64,000 nucleotides of DNA, from positions 103,106,001 through 103,170,000 of the forward strand of contig CM068744.1 in assembly GCA_035084275.1 (NCBI GenBank). Reading direction: 5' to 3'. A model generated the notes under the pieces. That model was not told the origin of the DNA, did no database searches, and saw only the letters and a program-made list of their open reading frames with translations. This document shows positions 1 through 10,991 of this stretch, one piece after another. Both the position numbers and the translations under genes were made by a program. Origin of the DNA: Hydrolagus colliei. Taxonomy: Eukaryota. The stretch's first letter is position 1. Each line of letters opens with the position of its first letter.

Positions 1-2862
1 TAATATTAATGACACAATCACAAAATTAACACTATGTTCATCCACTTTACTACTTTGGATTATTAATTCAGGTTATACAAACTGAAAAAGAAAATACATA
101 AGTGTATCATTTTCAATAGTAGCTTATATGCATCTAATATTCAACTAAAGAAAAGCTGTGTTTTATTATTTATTCATTCTTATAATTTTAGGATCCTACT
201 TATGCCCTGTTCACCATCTTTTCAAATCTACATGTTGCAACTATCCAGCACTACGAATGTACTCCTATACAGTTTCCCCAATCCAAGACTTTACACAGTA
301 ATCTGTACTTTGATATGGCCATAGATAAAACCTTTCGGTTTTTACTTTTTTCTAATGTTCTTTGCGAATTCTGTATATTGTTGAAATAGTCCTGGATGAA
401 TAAGATGATCTGCCCCTTTCTATTCTCATGCCACATTAATACACATTGCTACTATTAAATAATAGGGTCCAAATTGCAGTGTTTTCCAACAGAATATCTT
501 ACGTAATTGTTTAGAGATCTTTGACTCATGGAAACTCTGAACCTTCATGATTATTGTAAGGAGATACTAGTAGCCTGATTTGAATTCCTTATTGAGGAAT
601 TCTGTTTGCTGCATTTTAGATCCGAATTTTCAAACAAGGGATATGAATGTAATAGTTTGAAGCTTTCTTTTATAAAACGTTGAACTTTTTTTCTCTTCGA
701 ATATGAGAGGATTCAATGGTTTTTCACAACTTGTAATTTTCGGACTAATTATATTTTATTTTAGTCTACTTGTGACCTAGGTAAACCTTAACACAAGAAT
801 GACAGTTCTTGGTTCGTATAATGGAGTGTGTTCTTAAAAAAAGTCACAGAAATCCTACAAACTGCTTGCACATGCCCTTTGGTGGTTGCAGTATTTTTTT
901 TACACTGGGTGACATCTGTTCAGGGGACTTGGTTACCAAATTAAGCAGAATGATAAATATTACAAAAAAGGTCAATCTAGCTTGAAGTACATTACCATCT
1001 TTCACAAGAATCCTACACCTGTCATGCTCTTAGATGAGGTGCTAATATGCTAATGAAGTCCTTAGAGGGTTAATCACTGCAGTCCATCAGCTTCAGGCTG
1101 GCTCCTCCTATTTCTGGCTGCAGCAAGCAGACTGTCACATTCCTCATTTCTATCAGTGAGTTTTAAATTGACCAGACAAACAAGCAGAACCAACGAGCTA
1201 GAAAAGGTCACACCTGGCGTGTGGTCGGCCTGCTCCCTGTGTCCAACGCCCCACCCACAATTCTCCAGGTTTCTGCCACTCTGTCTACTTCTCTTTTGTG
1301 TTTCCTTCCTTCCCCAGCTGTTCCATTCAGAAACCCAGGCTCAGCAATCTGCCCGCCTGAAACTACTTATTAAGCCAAGCTGGCTCGAAAGACGGGCTCA
1401 GCACGTGCCACTTCTTATCTCTCCAGTTTCAAAATCCAATTGCGTGGTGCTTAAAATACAAAACGTAAATGGACTTAACTCCCAGTGGTTCCCCTGAAGC
1501 AATCCAAACAAAAGCATGAGTGACAAAGACATTCTCCAATATGGCAGGTGTTAATGTCAGATTCAGCCCCGGGCACACAGGCAAAAGTATTAGCTTTCAG
1601 TTAAAGCTCAGACATGCAGAAAAAGGGAAGTACCATTAGTAGAGCAGTATTGTTAGTGCTACTACCTAGTCAGGTGTTAATTCCCAGCACCACTCGAACC
1701 AAAGCGCATCATTTTTAATTAGTAGCTGTGATAAGGTAGCAGTGAAGCTAGTTTTGCTCGCAACATAAAGGACAAGTTTATTAGTAAAGCATAGTCAACA
1801 AACTGGCAAGATGCACTCATTGTGCCCAATATAGTGGGAGCCTTACCTTTAACAATTACTGTAATCAGACCTTTAAATATTTAAATCTGGAGAGAGGGAG
1901 AGACACACAAAATACAAAATGAATTGAATACAAACAAAGCAGTTCCAACCAAATACACTGGGATTTAAACACAAAAGTTAATTTTAAAACAAAAAAAGGA
2001 TGCAAGCCTAATGAGAATATTTTATTCAAAGTACTCCCAGATTGCTAAAAGGAAATTACTAGATTTTTCTTTTCCTTTTTCCCTTGTCAAAAATGACAAA
2101 ATCTTTACTCGCCCTCCCTTAGGTCAGTCTGATAATGACACAATGGGAAGCGTTGACATATGTCCAAACCTGCTTTGTAGGAAATAGTGGGGAGTGTAAC
2201 TTCAAATAGTCTTGAGTGTGGAATTAGAACAACAGGATACCATACCATTGTCTGGGGAAGCAAAGAACCTCACATACAGCTTGTCTTCTCATACCTCCAG
2301 GTTTGTTCTTAGGTGGGTGTGGAGTGTTACTCCTATGTTTCTCAGAGTTATTTTGAGGTGTATTCAGAGTTAAAACATGAGGTGGCATCACTGGAGCTGA
2401 CTGGCAGGGAAGGAAGTCTCGATTCAACATTTATACAAAACCATGACAATAAATTTATCATCAAATTTTTCTCTTATAATTTGGGAGAGTACTTTGAATA
2501 AAACAACAATGCACCACCCCCGTCATTCAACACATAAGTTAGATTTAAATGATGCAATTCAACATTGAATGAAAATTTTCTAGCTTTTAAAAAAACTCGA
2601 GAATAATATTTAAATCCCAATAAAGTTTTACCTTACAGTCATATATATGCCTTTTCAAGTACATGATTAAAGTAAAATATTTAAAAACACAAAATAATTT
2701 GGATTTAATAATGAATTATATTGTAAACTATCAACTAGTGATCATTTTTTGCCACATAAGGTTAATTCAGGAGAAATAACATTGTATAAACTGCTGTGTA
2801 AATGTACTGCTTGTACAACCACATATGGAGGTGAATAATTGACTCCAAGTCACATACAGCTA

Positions 2863-3181
2863 CAGTAAAATCTCAATAATCCGTCACGATTGGGCCCACA
2901 CACCTCTCGGATTTTGGAGATTGCCGGTATTTAGAAACCGACCTACAAAAGGCTGGGGAAGTGCCGCCACAAACACCACGTGAGCTGTAAACCATAACTG
3001 AAGCCAAACTCCACTCACAGCACCGGGTGACAGAGCGACTACTCCGTGAACTACAAGTAACTGTTCCGAACTACAGGAGATTTGCCAACATTGGAAAAAA
3101 ATCTAATACTAGTATTTTGAAATCTTGCCAGTTTTAGGGAGTTGCCGGCTTTGGGAATGTCAGAATATTGAGGTTTTACTG
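2863..3181. mobile_element. Tigger/pogo-like MITE
   Basis: TIRs CAGTAAAATCTCAATAATCCG / CAGAATATTGAGGTTTTACTG, flanked by TA on both sides. Confidence 0.85.
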
Positions 3182-3359
3182 TAGTGAAAAGAGTACTGTA
3201 GTGCTTTACTACAGTATCAGTCTTGATTACAACACTATTATAGGGCAAGTTTAAAACACAATTGGCAATAAAGTATGTAAAATATTACTATAATATGCTT
3301 TATGTATAAAAATTACAGCAGCTTCAGAAAGGCAGAGGGAAAGGAGATGACACTTGTTC

Positions 3360-3415
3360 CAAACAACACAGTCATGATACATGAAGGTACATAATACACA
3401 TTTGAAACATTTATT
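3360..3415 (-). terminator. Candidate polyadenylation signal with downstream GU-rich element
   Basis: Minus strand AATAAA (3415-3410), then tgtttcaaatgtgtattatg and tgtgttgtttgg about 40 nt downstream. Confidence 0.45.
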
Positions 3416-4573
3416 GAGCTCGGGGGATGAAAATTGCTTCAAATTGCTCGCTTTGCCACATTCTACACAGACAGGGATGTTTGTTCCACTTTCAAAAAAA
3501 GACATTTCCCACTGCAATTAAGAACGGTCACATTGACAGAATATAAAAACAACATAAATTTAACTTCCAGGTAAACAATTCCATGGGGTGGGGAGGGGGG
3601 AATTGTGTTGAAAAGAAAGTGATAATTAATAATACTTGTCAGCTGAAAGCCATCTTCCCCCTTGAGAATAGCAGTGGAACACTGCTGTGTAATTTCAGCA
3701 CACTCTTTTCTGAGCGACTTTGAATAGGGTCTTTGTAACTCCAGAGCACGACAATTTCTACTGCGTACTGTTAAATCATCAAAAACAATGACAATTAGAC
3801 ATTTTAATCAACAACAGAGATTATTATATTCTTCTCCCTTTTCAATGCTATGTGAAAAATAAGTTCTGAACCATCTCTTCCACACAAAACACAGTACATC
3901 ACAACACCAGTGAATATGAAACCAGATTGGCTTTGTTTCACTCTAGCTGCTGCTTTCGTATATGCATTATGTATGAACCACATATAACTCCAAAAACAAA
4001 ACCTCAGCAATCTCATTGCTGTCTTGGTTAAGATGTAATTAAGTAACGAACCACAATGTTCAATGGAGCAATGAAAGTTTAACCCTTGAGCAGCTCTGTA
4101 GGCACTGAGCAAATTAATGGCCACGTGCTAGATACAGAATTATCTACATTCTGATCATTGCAATTTATATTACATGCACTTTGCTGATCAATCTATTCTG
4201 TATCCTCATGATTAAGAAAAACCCCTTTAAACAAAAAGTCTCCCAACTTTTCTTTTGAGGGGGGAAGAGGCAGGAGAACATTGCTATTTGACTGTCCACA
4301 GGAGAAGGGGGGTAGGTGGGGGCAAAAAAAAGGAGATTTGTAACCAATGTGATAGTCCATGCGATATCTATACAAAGTTACTACATCTTAGACAAGGTAG
4401 TGTTAGTGCATGAGAATAGATTCCAGTATCCATTAGTGAGGTTTCCATCTGTACTCTCTTCTGAAAATATGCATGCAGATGTCAAGTTAAGAACTCAGCT
4501 GTGATGGTCCTCCTTGGTTGAATAGCCTGCCAGCATGTATTGTCTGGCTCAAGTTTCTGAAGCTTGCTGGTAC
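3390..4573 (-). other. Candidate terminal exon / 3' UTR of RALGAPA2 (possible coding tail 4573-4482 if spliced directly from 10870)
   Basis: Acceptor ttctacag preceded by a perfect TACTAAC branch motif; repeat-free AU-rich sequence follows; AATAAA at 3415-3410. No homology support for the tail peptide. Confidence 0.4.
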
Positions 4574-5457
4574 CTGTAGAATTCTAGCATGAACGTTAGT
4601 AGTTACAGAAAACCAAAGGAATTTGTTTCAAAAAACAAACTGTGTGTTTGAACACCTCTCGAACTTGATGTTCAAATATTTCAATAATCAAATATTTCAA
4701 GATGATACACAGACGCAATATGGAATGGTAAAATTGCTCTCCAAGTACTTAAAGGAAATAAACTAAAATATCTCATCTCAAAAATAATTTTTTGGGGGCT
4801 TTGTTGGGTATCAGTAACAAATGGAAATTCTTTAACCAGGGGAGCTAAATGGAGCATCATGATCTCTTTGAATCAATAACAACTTGCAGTTATATAATGC
4901 TCTTCACGGAGGATAATGTCTTGAAGCGCTTTGACTGGGGTACTGAGTCAAAGGCACTTAGACAGCAATTAAATCAGCTCCTCCACAAGACAAACACCAC
5001 CGGTGTGCGTAACATGACAATTTTGAATCTGAAGTCTTTTTAGGTCATCTATTTATGGATGTTGAGTCTTTTGTATAGTGGATAACGCAGTGTCAGTAAA
5101 GAACACAATAGAAAATGACACCAATCTTTTTATTGCCTTAGCAACCTCAGAAACTAATTCTCCAGTATAGACTCAAAAAACACAATTAACTGACTGCACT
5201 TCAGAACTGTTTTAAAAGAAACATATTGCACGTTGACCAACTTACCGTAACTGTCCTACATTTCAAAATGTAAAGCCCACATCTACCTTGACTTTTCTGT
5301 GAAAATTTAACATTAAAGTTTCTTACCTTTCTCTATTCTACCTGAATCGATGCTTAATAAAACATTGGTAAATATGAATGTGATGAGGTCCATTATGTTT
5401 ATTCTTGACAATACACTCAATATGCAGTGAATAAAAGGCCCACCAGCCATAAATAGA

Positions 5458-5542
5458 TATAATATAATAATAATGCTTGCATTTGATGTAGCGCTTTTCA
5501 AGTCTTCTAGACGTCTCAAAGCGCTTCACAGAATATACTGTA
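5458..5542 (-). mobile_element. SINE 3' tail fragment
   Basis: taataatgcttgcatttgatgtagcgcttttcaagtcttctagacgtctcaaagcgcttcacag matches the full SINE copies at 16672 and 32275. Confidence 0.8.
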
Positions 5543-7795
5543 GATGACTTGAAAAGGCTTCAGACTTAATATGTAAAAGAGTTGCCATGTTTGAAATCAG
5601 TTTAATTCAGATCAACTCGATTTAATTTTCCTATGTACACTATTGCAGATTTGAAAATGACAGAAATTTTCCCCTTTCGATATTATTATCAAATAAACTT
5701 CCACAGAACCACTTCTACTTTACCGATTGCTGATCAATGTGTTTGGGGGCAGCTCTGCATTACGAATGCAAAGGTGCTCTTGCTTTAGTGCTCATGGATC
5801 TAAAACCTAATTTGCAGCTGGAATTCCATCTGAGAGTTTGACCAGTAATTGGAAATGCATCATGCTGATCATGGGAACTCCATTCAGATTACTACTATCT
5901 TGGAGTAGTAACCTAAGTGGGAAATGTGCTGTACTTATCAACAGATGTGCAAATCTAGGCAACGGCAGATGCAAATATTGTATTTTTTTACTCTACTGCC
6001 ATTCAATCTTGTAATTATCTGAAATCTAAAAAGAATTGTAATGGAGAGACTCCATGTTACTGTACTGAAGCCACTATTCCTGCCATTCTTCTACGGTTCC
6101 ATGGTTCTTTTTACCAACTGCTAATGCTCCTTGAAACCAGAGCAACACACCACCCTGCCAACTATGCGAATAAGCTTGACAATGATTCATAAACCAAATC
6201 ATTCTTCTGTTACAGCAGATTGAAGGCATATAAGCAGCAGATTATCAACACATTTCACTGTTCATCAATAGTTCAGTTCTCCAATTAAAGGCACAATATC
6301 AGCTGCTGGGGAGGAAATAGGTTCCTGGTAGCAGTTTAGTTCAGCATCACCATAAATGCACATTACATGAATGTTATCTCTTGTAAACATTTATCAGATA
6401 CATTTTGGAAAAGCTTCAAAGTGGCTATTCTTGTTAAATGGATTTGATATTGCACTTTTTAAACTCTACAGAATATATTTATCATTTTAGTAAAGGACAG
6501 TTCACATTTTTATCTCCTTCATTATCAAATTTTGTCCTCGGAAATGTTATTTATTTTCTCACACTACTTTTCTGTCCTTACCTTCTCTTGGAAATGTTAA
6601 ACGTTGTTTTTTAAACTTCCCACTGGCGTGTGCTCTGCAAGGCAATGCTGTGCAATTAGCTATGTATGAATCTTGAAAGTGAGTGCTAGTAGCTATTTGT
6701 GCATCATAGCTGAACCCCCATCATGTCCAGATCATGCACATTTTACACAGCAATCTGGAACAGGAACCCAAAGAGTACTCAACAGATATGAATTTTGAGT
6801 TGGGAATTCAACACAACCACTACCAATGCTATTACAAGGTTTGCCCTCTCATCTTTTTGTATGGCGATTCTGGATGTCATTAAAGCTATTCAGTTTCCTC
6901 TTGCAGGAATGGAATACATAGCTCCTAAGCTTTTCTGAAGCTGTAATGAAAGTGCAATAGAGGCTAGATAGTTTTTTCCGCTCTGTTCCTCTTCCTGTTC
7001 CAAAGAGAATGATTATGCGATTAATGCTGGCTATCTTTGGTTCTGCCAGTGTCAGTAAGCTTATCTGCAAATCCTGCTGCTATGGACGACCAATACAAGC
7101 ATGCAACTCTTATCTACTTACAAAGCCACAAATGCACACTGACATAAGCAAACAGTGTGCCACAATGACGCATGGCTGATCTTATTAGTCAACGTTTTAT
7201 ACTTCAATCCAAATTTCTAAATGGGTTGCAGTGAATTTAATTTATTTTCTTTATTTTATGGCTTTAATGTAGAGTATTTATCAACAAATGTGTGAAGCTG
7301 AACAAGGGCAAATAATTGAATAACACGCAGAACTTTATTTAAGCCTCAAAGCTGAAGAATTAAGTGTCTCATTACAAAAGGGGCTAACTAGTTATGCATT
7401 TTTTTTGCTTGACACCTAAACGTTTACAAATGTTTCTGCACTGGCATCTATACAGCTTCATTTTACCAATGCTTATATTGCATCCTCATTAGAACAAAGT
7501 CCTGAGAGTCAAAACATTTTACATCATACTATAGTGGGGATATCACAATTATTGTCTCATAACATGCAGTAAAGAAGCATATTGGTAGGTATCTCTAGAT
7601 TTTAGGCTGGATAGTTTAGTAATGCATTAGACTTTCTTCCCTGGATGTATAATGCTATCACAGTGAACAGTTTATTAATTGCTCTTTAGTTAATAATGAT
7701 TTACTTTTCCTAGTTACCCCAATTAGATGTTTGTTACAACAAATTATGTTTATATAGTTACAAAGTAAGATTTTGTTTTGGATGCACTATTGCTA

Positions 7796-8491
7796 CGAGG
7801 GATACCCAAATAGTAATGCCTCCTATTTTCTCAAAATTCTTTAATTGTTAATTTACAAAACTTAACAGACCCAAAAGGCAACATTTAAAAGAAAATCAGT
7901 GCAGATATTTTCTCAGAAAGTAATCATCACGATCAGCACACTTTGCCAATGTGAAACCAATGATGTTATGATGAAATAATGTGCGAAAGGTATTTTTGCA
8001 TTTCGTATGAAACACGGCTAACATTTGTGAAAAAACACTGTGCACAAACTTTAGAGTAACCAAGGTTACCAATAATCATGTTCATGGCATGATGACCGAT
8101 ATCGAGACTCTCACTCAACTCCTGCTGAGTGATGCGTCGATCTTTGCGGATCAGTTCATCAACTTTCTGTGTACTTACTCTCTTCATTAACAGCTGTTGC
8201 CGCCCGCCCACTGGGAGACCTATCTTGAAGTTCAGTTTCTCCACTTTTCACACGACTTATCCAGCAGCTTACAGTACTCACATCAACACATAACTGCCCA
8301 TACACTTTCATCATGCAATGGTGAATCTCAATCGGCGAAATCCCCTGAGTAAATTCAATTACTGCTCTTTGCTTAACATGAGTATCATGTGGTGGGATAT
8401 ATAAAAGTACCTTGTGCATGTTTTTTATTACTATATCACTTACCATTCTTCTCAAATTAAATAGGAGGCATTACTTTTGGGGTGTCCCTCA
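7796..8491 (-). mobile_element. Internally deleted, frameshifted mariner (Tc1/mariner) DNA transposon
   Basis: ~33-bp TIRs (cgagggatacccaaatagtaatgcctcctattt / aaataggaggcattacttttggggtgtccctca), TA at left. ORFs 8159..8455 and 7966..8244 give the mariner N-terminal HTH (KQRAVIEF..VYG..VDVSTV..W..SGR..VDELIRKDRRIT..LGYSKVCA). A C-terminal remnant (LVSHWQ..) lies near 7920-7965; the DD34D domain is absent. Confidence 0.92.
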
Positions 8492-8630
8492 CATTACTAA
8501 AACTGCATAACTGGCAATTAATACTAATACAAATACAGTGAACACCTAATCATATGACCCTGGTTTAACTTGCCACTACCACTTAAGAAATCATGGTGTC
8601 AATATCTTGGCTGTATCCATTTATTTAACA

Positions 8631-8836
8631 AAAACAGAAATGGCTGGGAACACTCAGCAGGTCAGGCAGGAAAAGTGAGTCAATGTTTCCGGTCCACGAC
8701 CCTTCGTCAGAACACAGGGTCGTGAACCCAAAACGTTGACTCACTTTTCCTTTCTCCATAGATGCTGCCTGACCTGTTGAGTGTTCCTAGCAATTTCTGG
8801 TTTTGCTTCATATTTCCAACATCTGTAGTATTTTGC
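8631..8836. mobile_element. Palindromic Penelope-like element fragment (inverted pLTR-like arms)
   Basis: Left arm aacagaaatggctgggaacactcagcaggtcaggcag is the reverse complement of right arm ctgcctgacctgttgagtgttcctagcaatttctggtttt; same family as 9983-10229. Confidence 0.7.
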
Positions 8837-9012
8837 GTGTGTATCTCAGTCTCTGAATGTGTGTGTCTGTGAGTGTGTGTCTCTCTTTGGTGTCTATGAG
8901 TGTGTGTCTCTCTTTGGTGTCTGTGTGTATGTGTGTATTTCTCTCTGTCTCTGAGTGTTTTGTGTCTCTTTCTGCGTCTGTGTCTCTCTCTGGGTGTTTG
9001 GGTCTATGTGTG
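8836..9012. repeat. Compound (TG/TC)n microsatellite
   Basis: Repeated units such as gtgtgtgtctctctttggtgtct; explains ORFs 8808..9077 and 8857..9168. Confidence 0.9.
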
Positions 9013-9982
9013 GTGCTGGCCCTGAGGCAGGAGGTGGTGAGCTCCTGTAGCTTTCCTATCTTCCCCATTCCCCACACACAAAAAAAGGACCACCCAGTTT
9101 ATGTGAAAGAACTGGTTAATATATATATATTTTTTCAACAATATAACATGTTACTTCCTTATGTTTAGTTTTCACCAATAAAGTGCAAACATATGGAAAT
9201 AAAATATACCTCAATAGCACCCATCGGCTCTGCATTTTTCCTGCGAAATGCATCAAAGCCCTCCGCAATTTCCTGCAAGGGTTGCAAAGTGCTCTACAAT
9301 TGTTTTTGCAGCAAATGTCCACACTTTTCTATTGGGCTGGGTGACGAGTAAATAATAATCCTTGCATTTGAGTATACTGTACAATGGGGTATCAGAAAGC
9401 TTCAGAAAACATTTTCTGGACTAGTGTGGTTTCCATGCCTTGTAATCTCTTTCCCCCCTTCCATTGGTGATCTCATTGAGTTTCAGAAATCCAATCAATA
9501 TTCTGTCTGCAGCATAAATCTGGTTTGAAACCAGCTAATTACAGAACATTTAAATCTCAAAGTTTCAAAGTTTAAACTTTTTAAATGCATGTACTGCAAC
9601 TGTCTCTTTAAAGTTTAAAAAAAAATGTAACTGATGTTCAGTACCGCAAGTCATTTTATAAAAGCTTTATGCTGTCAAGCGCAGATGCTAGGGTGAGTTG
9701 TCTGGAAGGATGAGATGAATGGGTCACAGGAGCTTCTTCATGCAAACCTCTCTTGTTTGTGGAACTCTGGGTGAGAGCTCTTCTTAGCCCCAATTAAGAG
9801 GGTCAGTCAGAGCTGAAAATGTAACCCTGGGATCCTGTTCTGAATGCTCTGTGGTGGAACTAAATGTTCTCACTTCCAGGAATATATATTTTTAACAAAG
9901 CACAAGTCAATTTCAGCCTGAATGCAAAGATATCCAAAGAACAGGAACAAAAGCACATTAAAGTCAACAAGCTAATCTAAGG

Positions 9983-10229
9983 CACCAACAGAAATCACTG
10001 GGAATACTCAGCAGGTCAGACAGCATCTATGGAGAAAGGAAAAGTAAGTCAATGTTTCGGGTCCACAACCCTGTGTCAATTTTGACGAAGGGTCGTGGAC
10101 CCGAAATGTTGACTTTTCCTTTCTCACTTTTCCTTTCTCCATAGATGCTGTCTGACCTGCTGAGTATTCCCAGTGATTTCTGGTTGTGTTTCAGATTTCT
10201 AGCATCTACAGTACTTTGCATTTTTATTT
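9983..10229 (+). mobile_element. Palindromic Penelope-like element with 14-bp target-site duplication
   Basis: Inverted arms at about 9985-10072 and 10089-10185; exact direct repeat AAGCTAATCTAAGG at 9969-9982 and 10230-10243. Confidence 0.8.
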
Positions 10230-10869
10230 AAGCTAATCTAAGGATTCTTCTTGTCGGATCTTTCTTACTAAGGGTTCACATGAAGTCATACACCCTGCAA
10301 AAAGATCGGGAATTCTGAAGTTATTTTCCACAATATTTTGGAAGGAAATCAAAAGGTTAAAGCAGTCAAAGGAACATTTTTAACTTTTATTTGCATTTAG
10401 CCTTGCCTCTCACTAACTGACATGTGCACTTTACCTGGATTCTAGTGCATTACTTTGCAAGTATCCTTTACAAACTGAGCAGTTGCATCATCAATATAAA
10501 ATATCAACAACTCTTGTGTTGTTCGATAGTGCACCCTCAATTGACTACTAATTCAGGCAAGGTTCTGTATACATTCACTGCACAGCAAGTAATCCGTACC
10601 CTACCCTCCATGTGAAGACATTATTCTCGGCAAGTTCATTAACCTAGCTGGATTGGAAGGTTAACCAGCCAACTGAGAGCAAAGGTTTGAAAATTGATGA
10701 AGGAACAGCTTTGACACAAAAAATTTAAATGAGCACCTCCATTCCTTTTGATATTCATTAGTTTATAAGGAAGAAAGATGGTCTTGAATTTGTAAGCGTT
10801 TATCTGCAGAAAATTGGTGTACATCTGTCACTGAAATGCTCCATAAATAAAAGAATAATGAAGACTTAC

Positions 10870-10991
10870 CCATGTTACTGAGCGAGTAGCTTGGGGTAGG
10901 AGAGAAGACTTGAGCTGCAAAATCTTCAAATGTCATGATCTCTTTGTGTTGCTGAACTATTGCTTCAACGTACTGAGCTCTTTCTTCATAA
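10870..10991 (-). CDS. RALGAPA2: RALGAPA2 coding exon, 122 nt, phase 2/1: (F)[40 protein letters not shown]
   Basis: Not in the ORF track; manual translation. Frame joins the upstream exon exactly (TT+T=Phe); donor G|gtaagt. Matches recalled human RALGAPA2 C-terminus [38 protein letters not shown]. Confidence 0.95.

Noticed and set aside
5328-5342. 15-nt in-frame microexon (ttcag|GTAGAATAGAGAAAG|gtaag)
   Set aside because: Poor polypyrimidine tract and no homology support.
8808-9168. ORFs 8808..9077 and 8857..9168
   Set aside because: Low-complexity translations of a TG/TC microsatellite.
9730-9860. Minus-strand peptide ELSPRVPQTREVCMKKLL resembling the long RALGAPA tail (SPR..MKL)
   Set aside because: An in-frame TAA lies immediately upstream and no phase-compatible acceptor exists; similarity is weak.
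10461-10469. GTATCCTTT U12 donor motif on the plus strand
   Set aside because: Opposite strand to the gene and no associated exon; likely chance.
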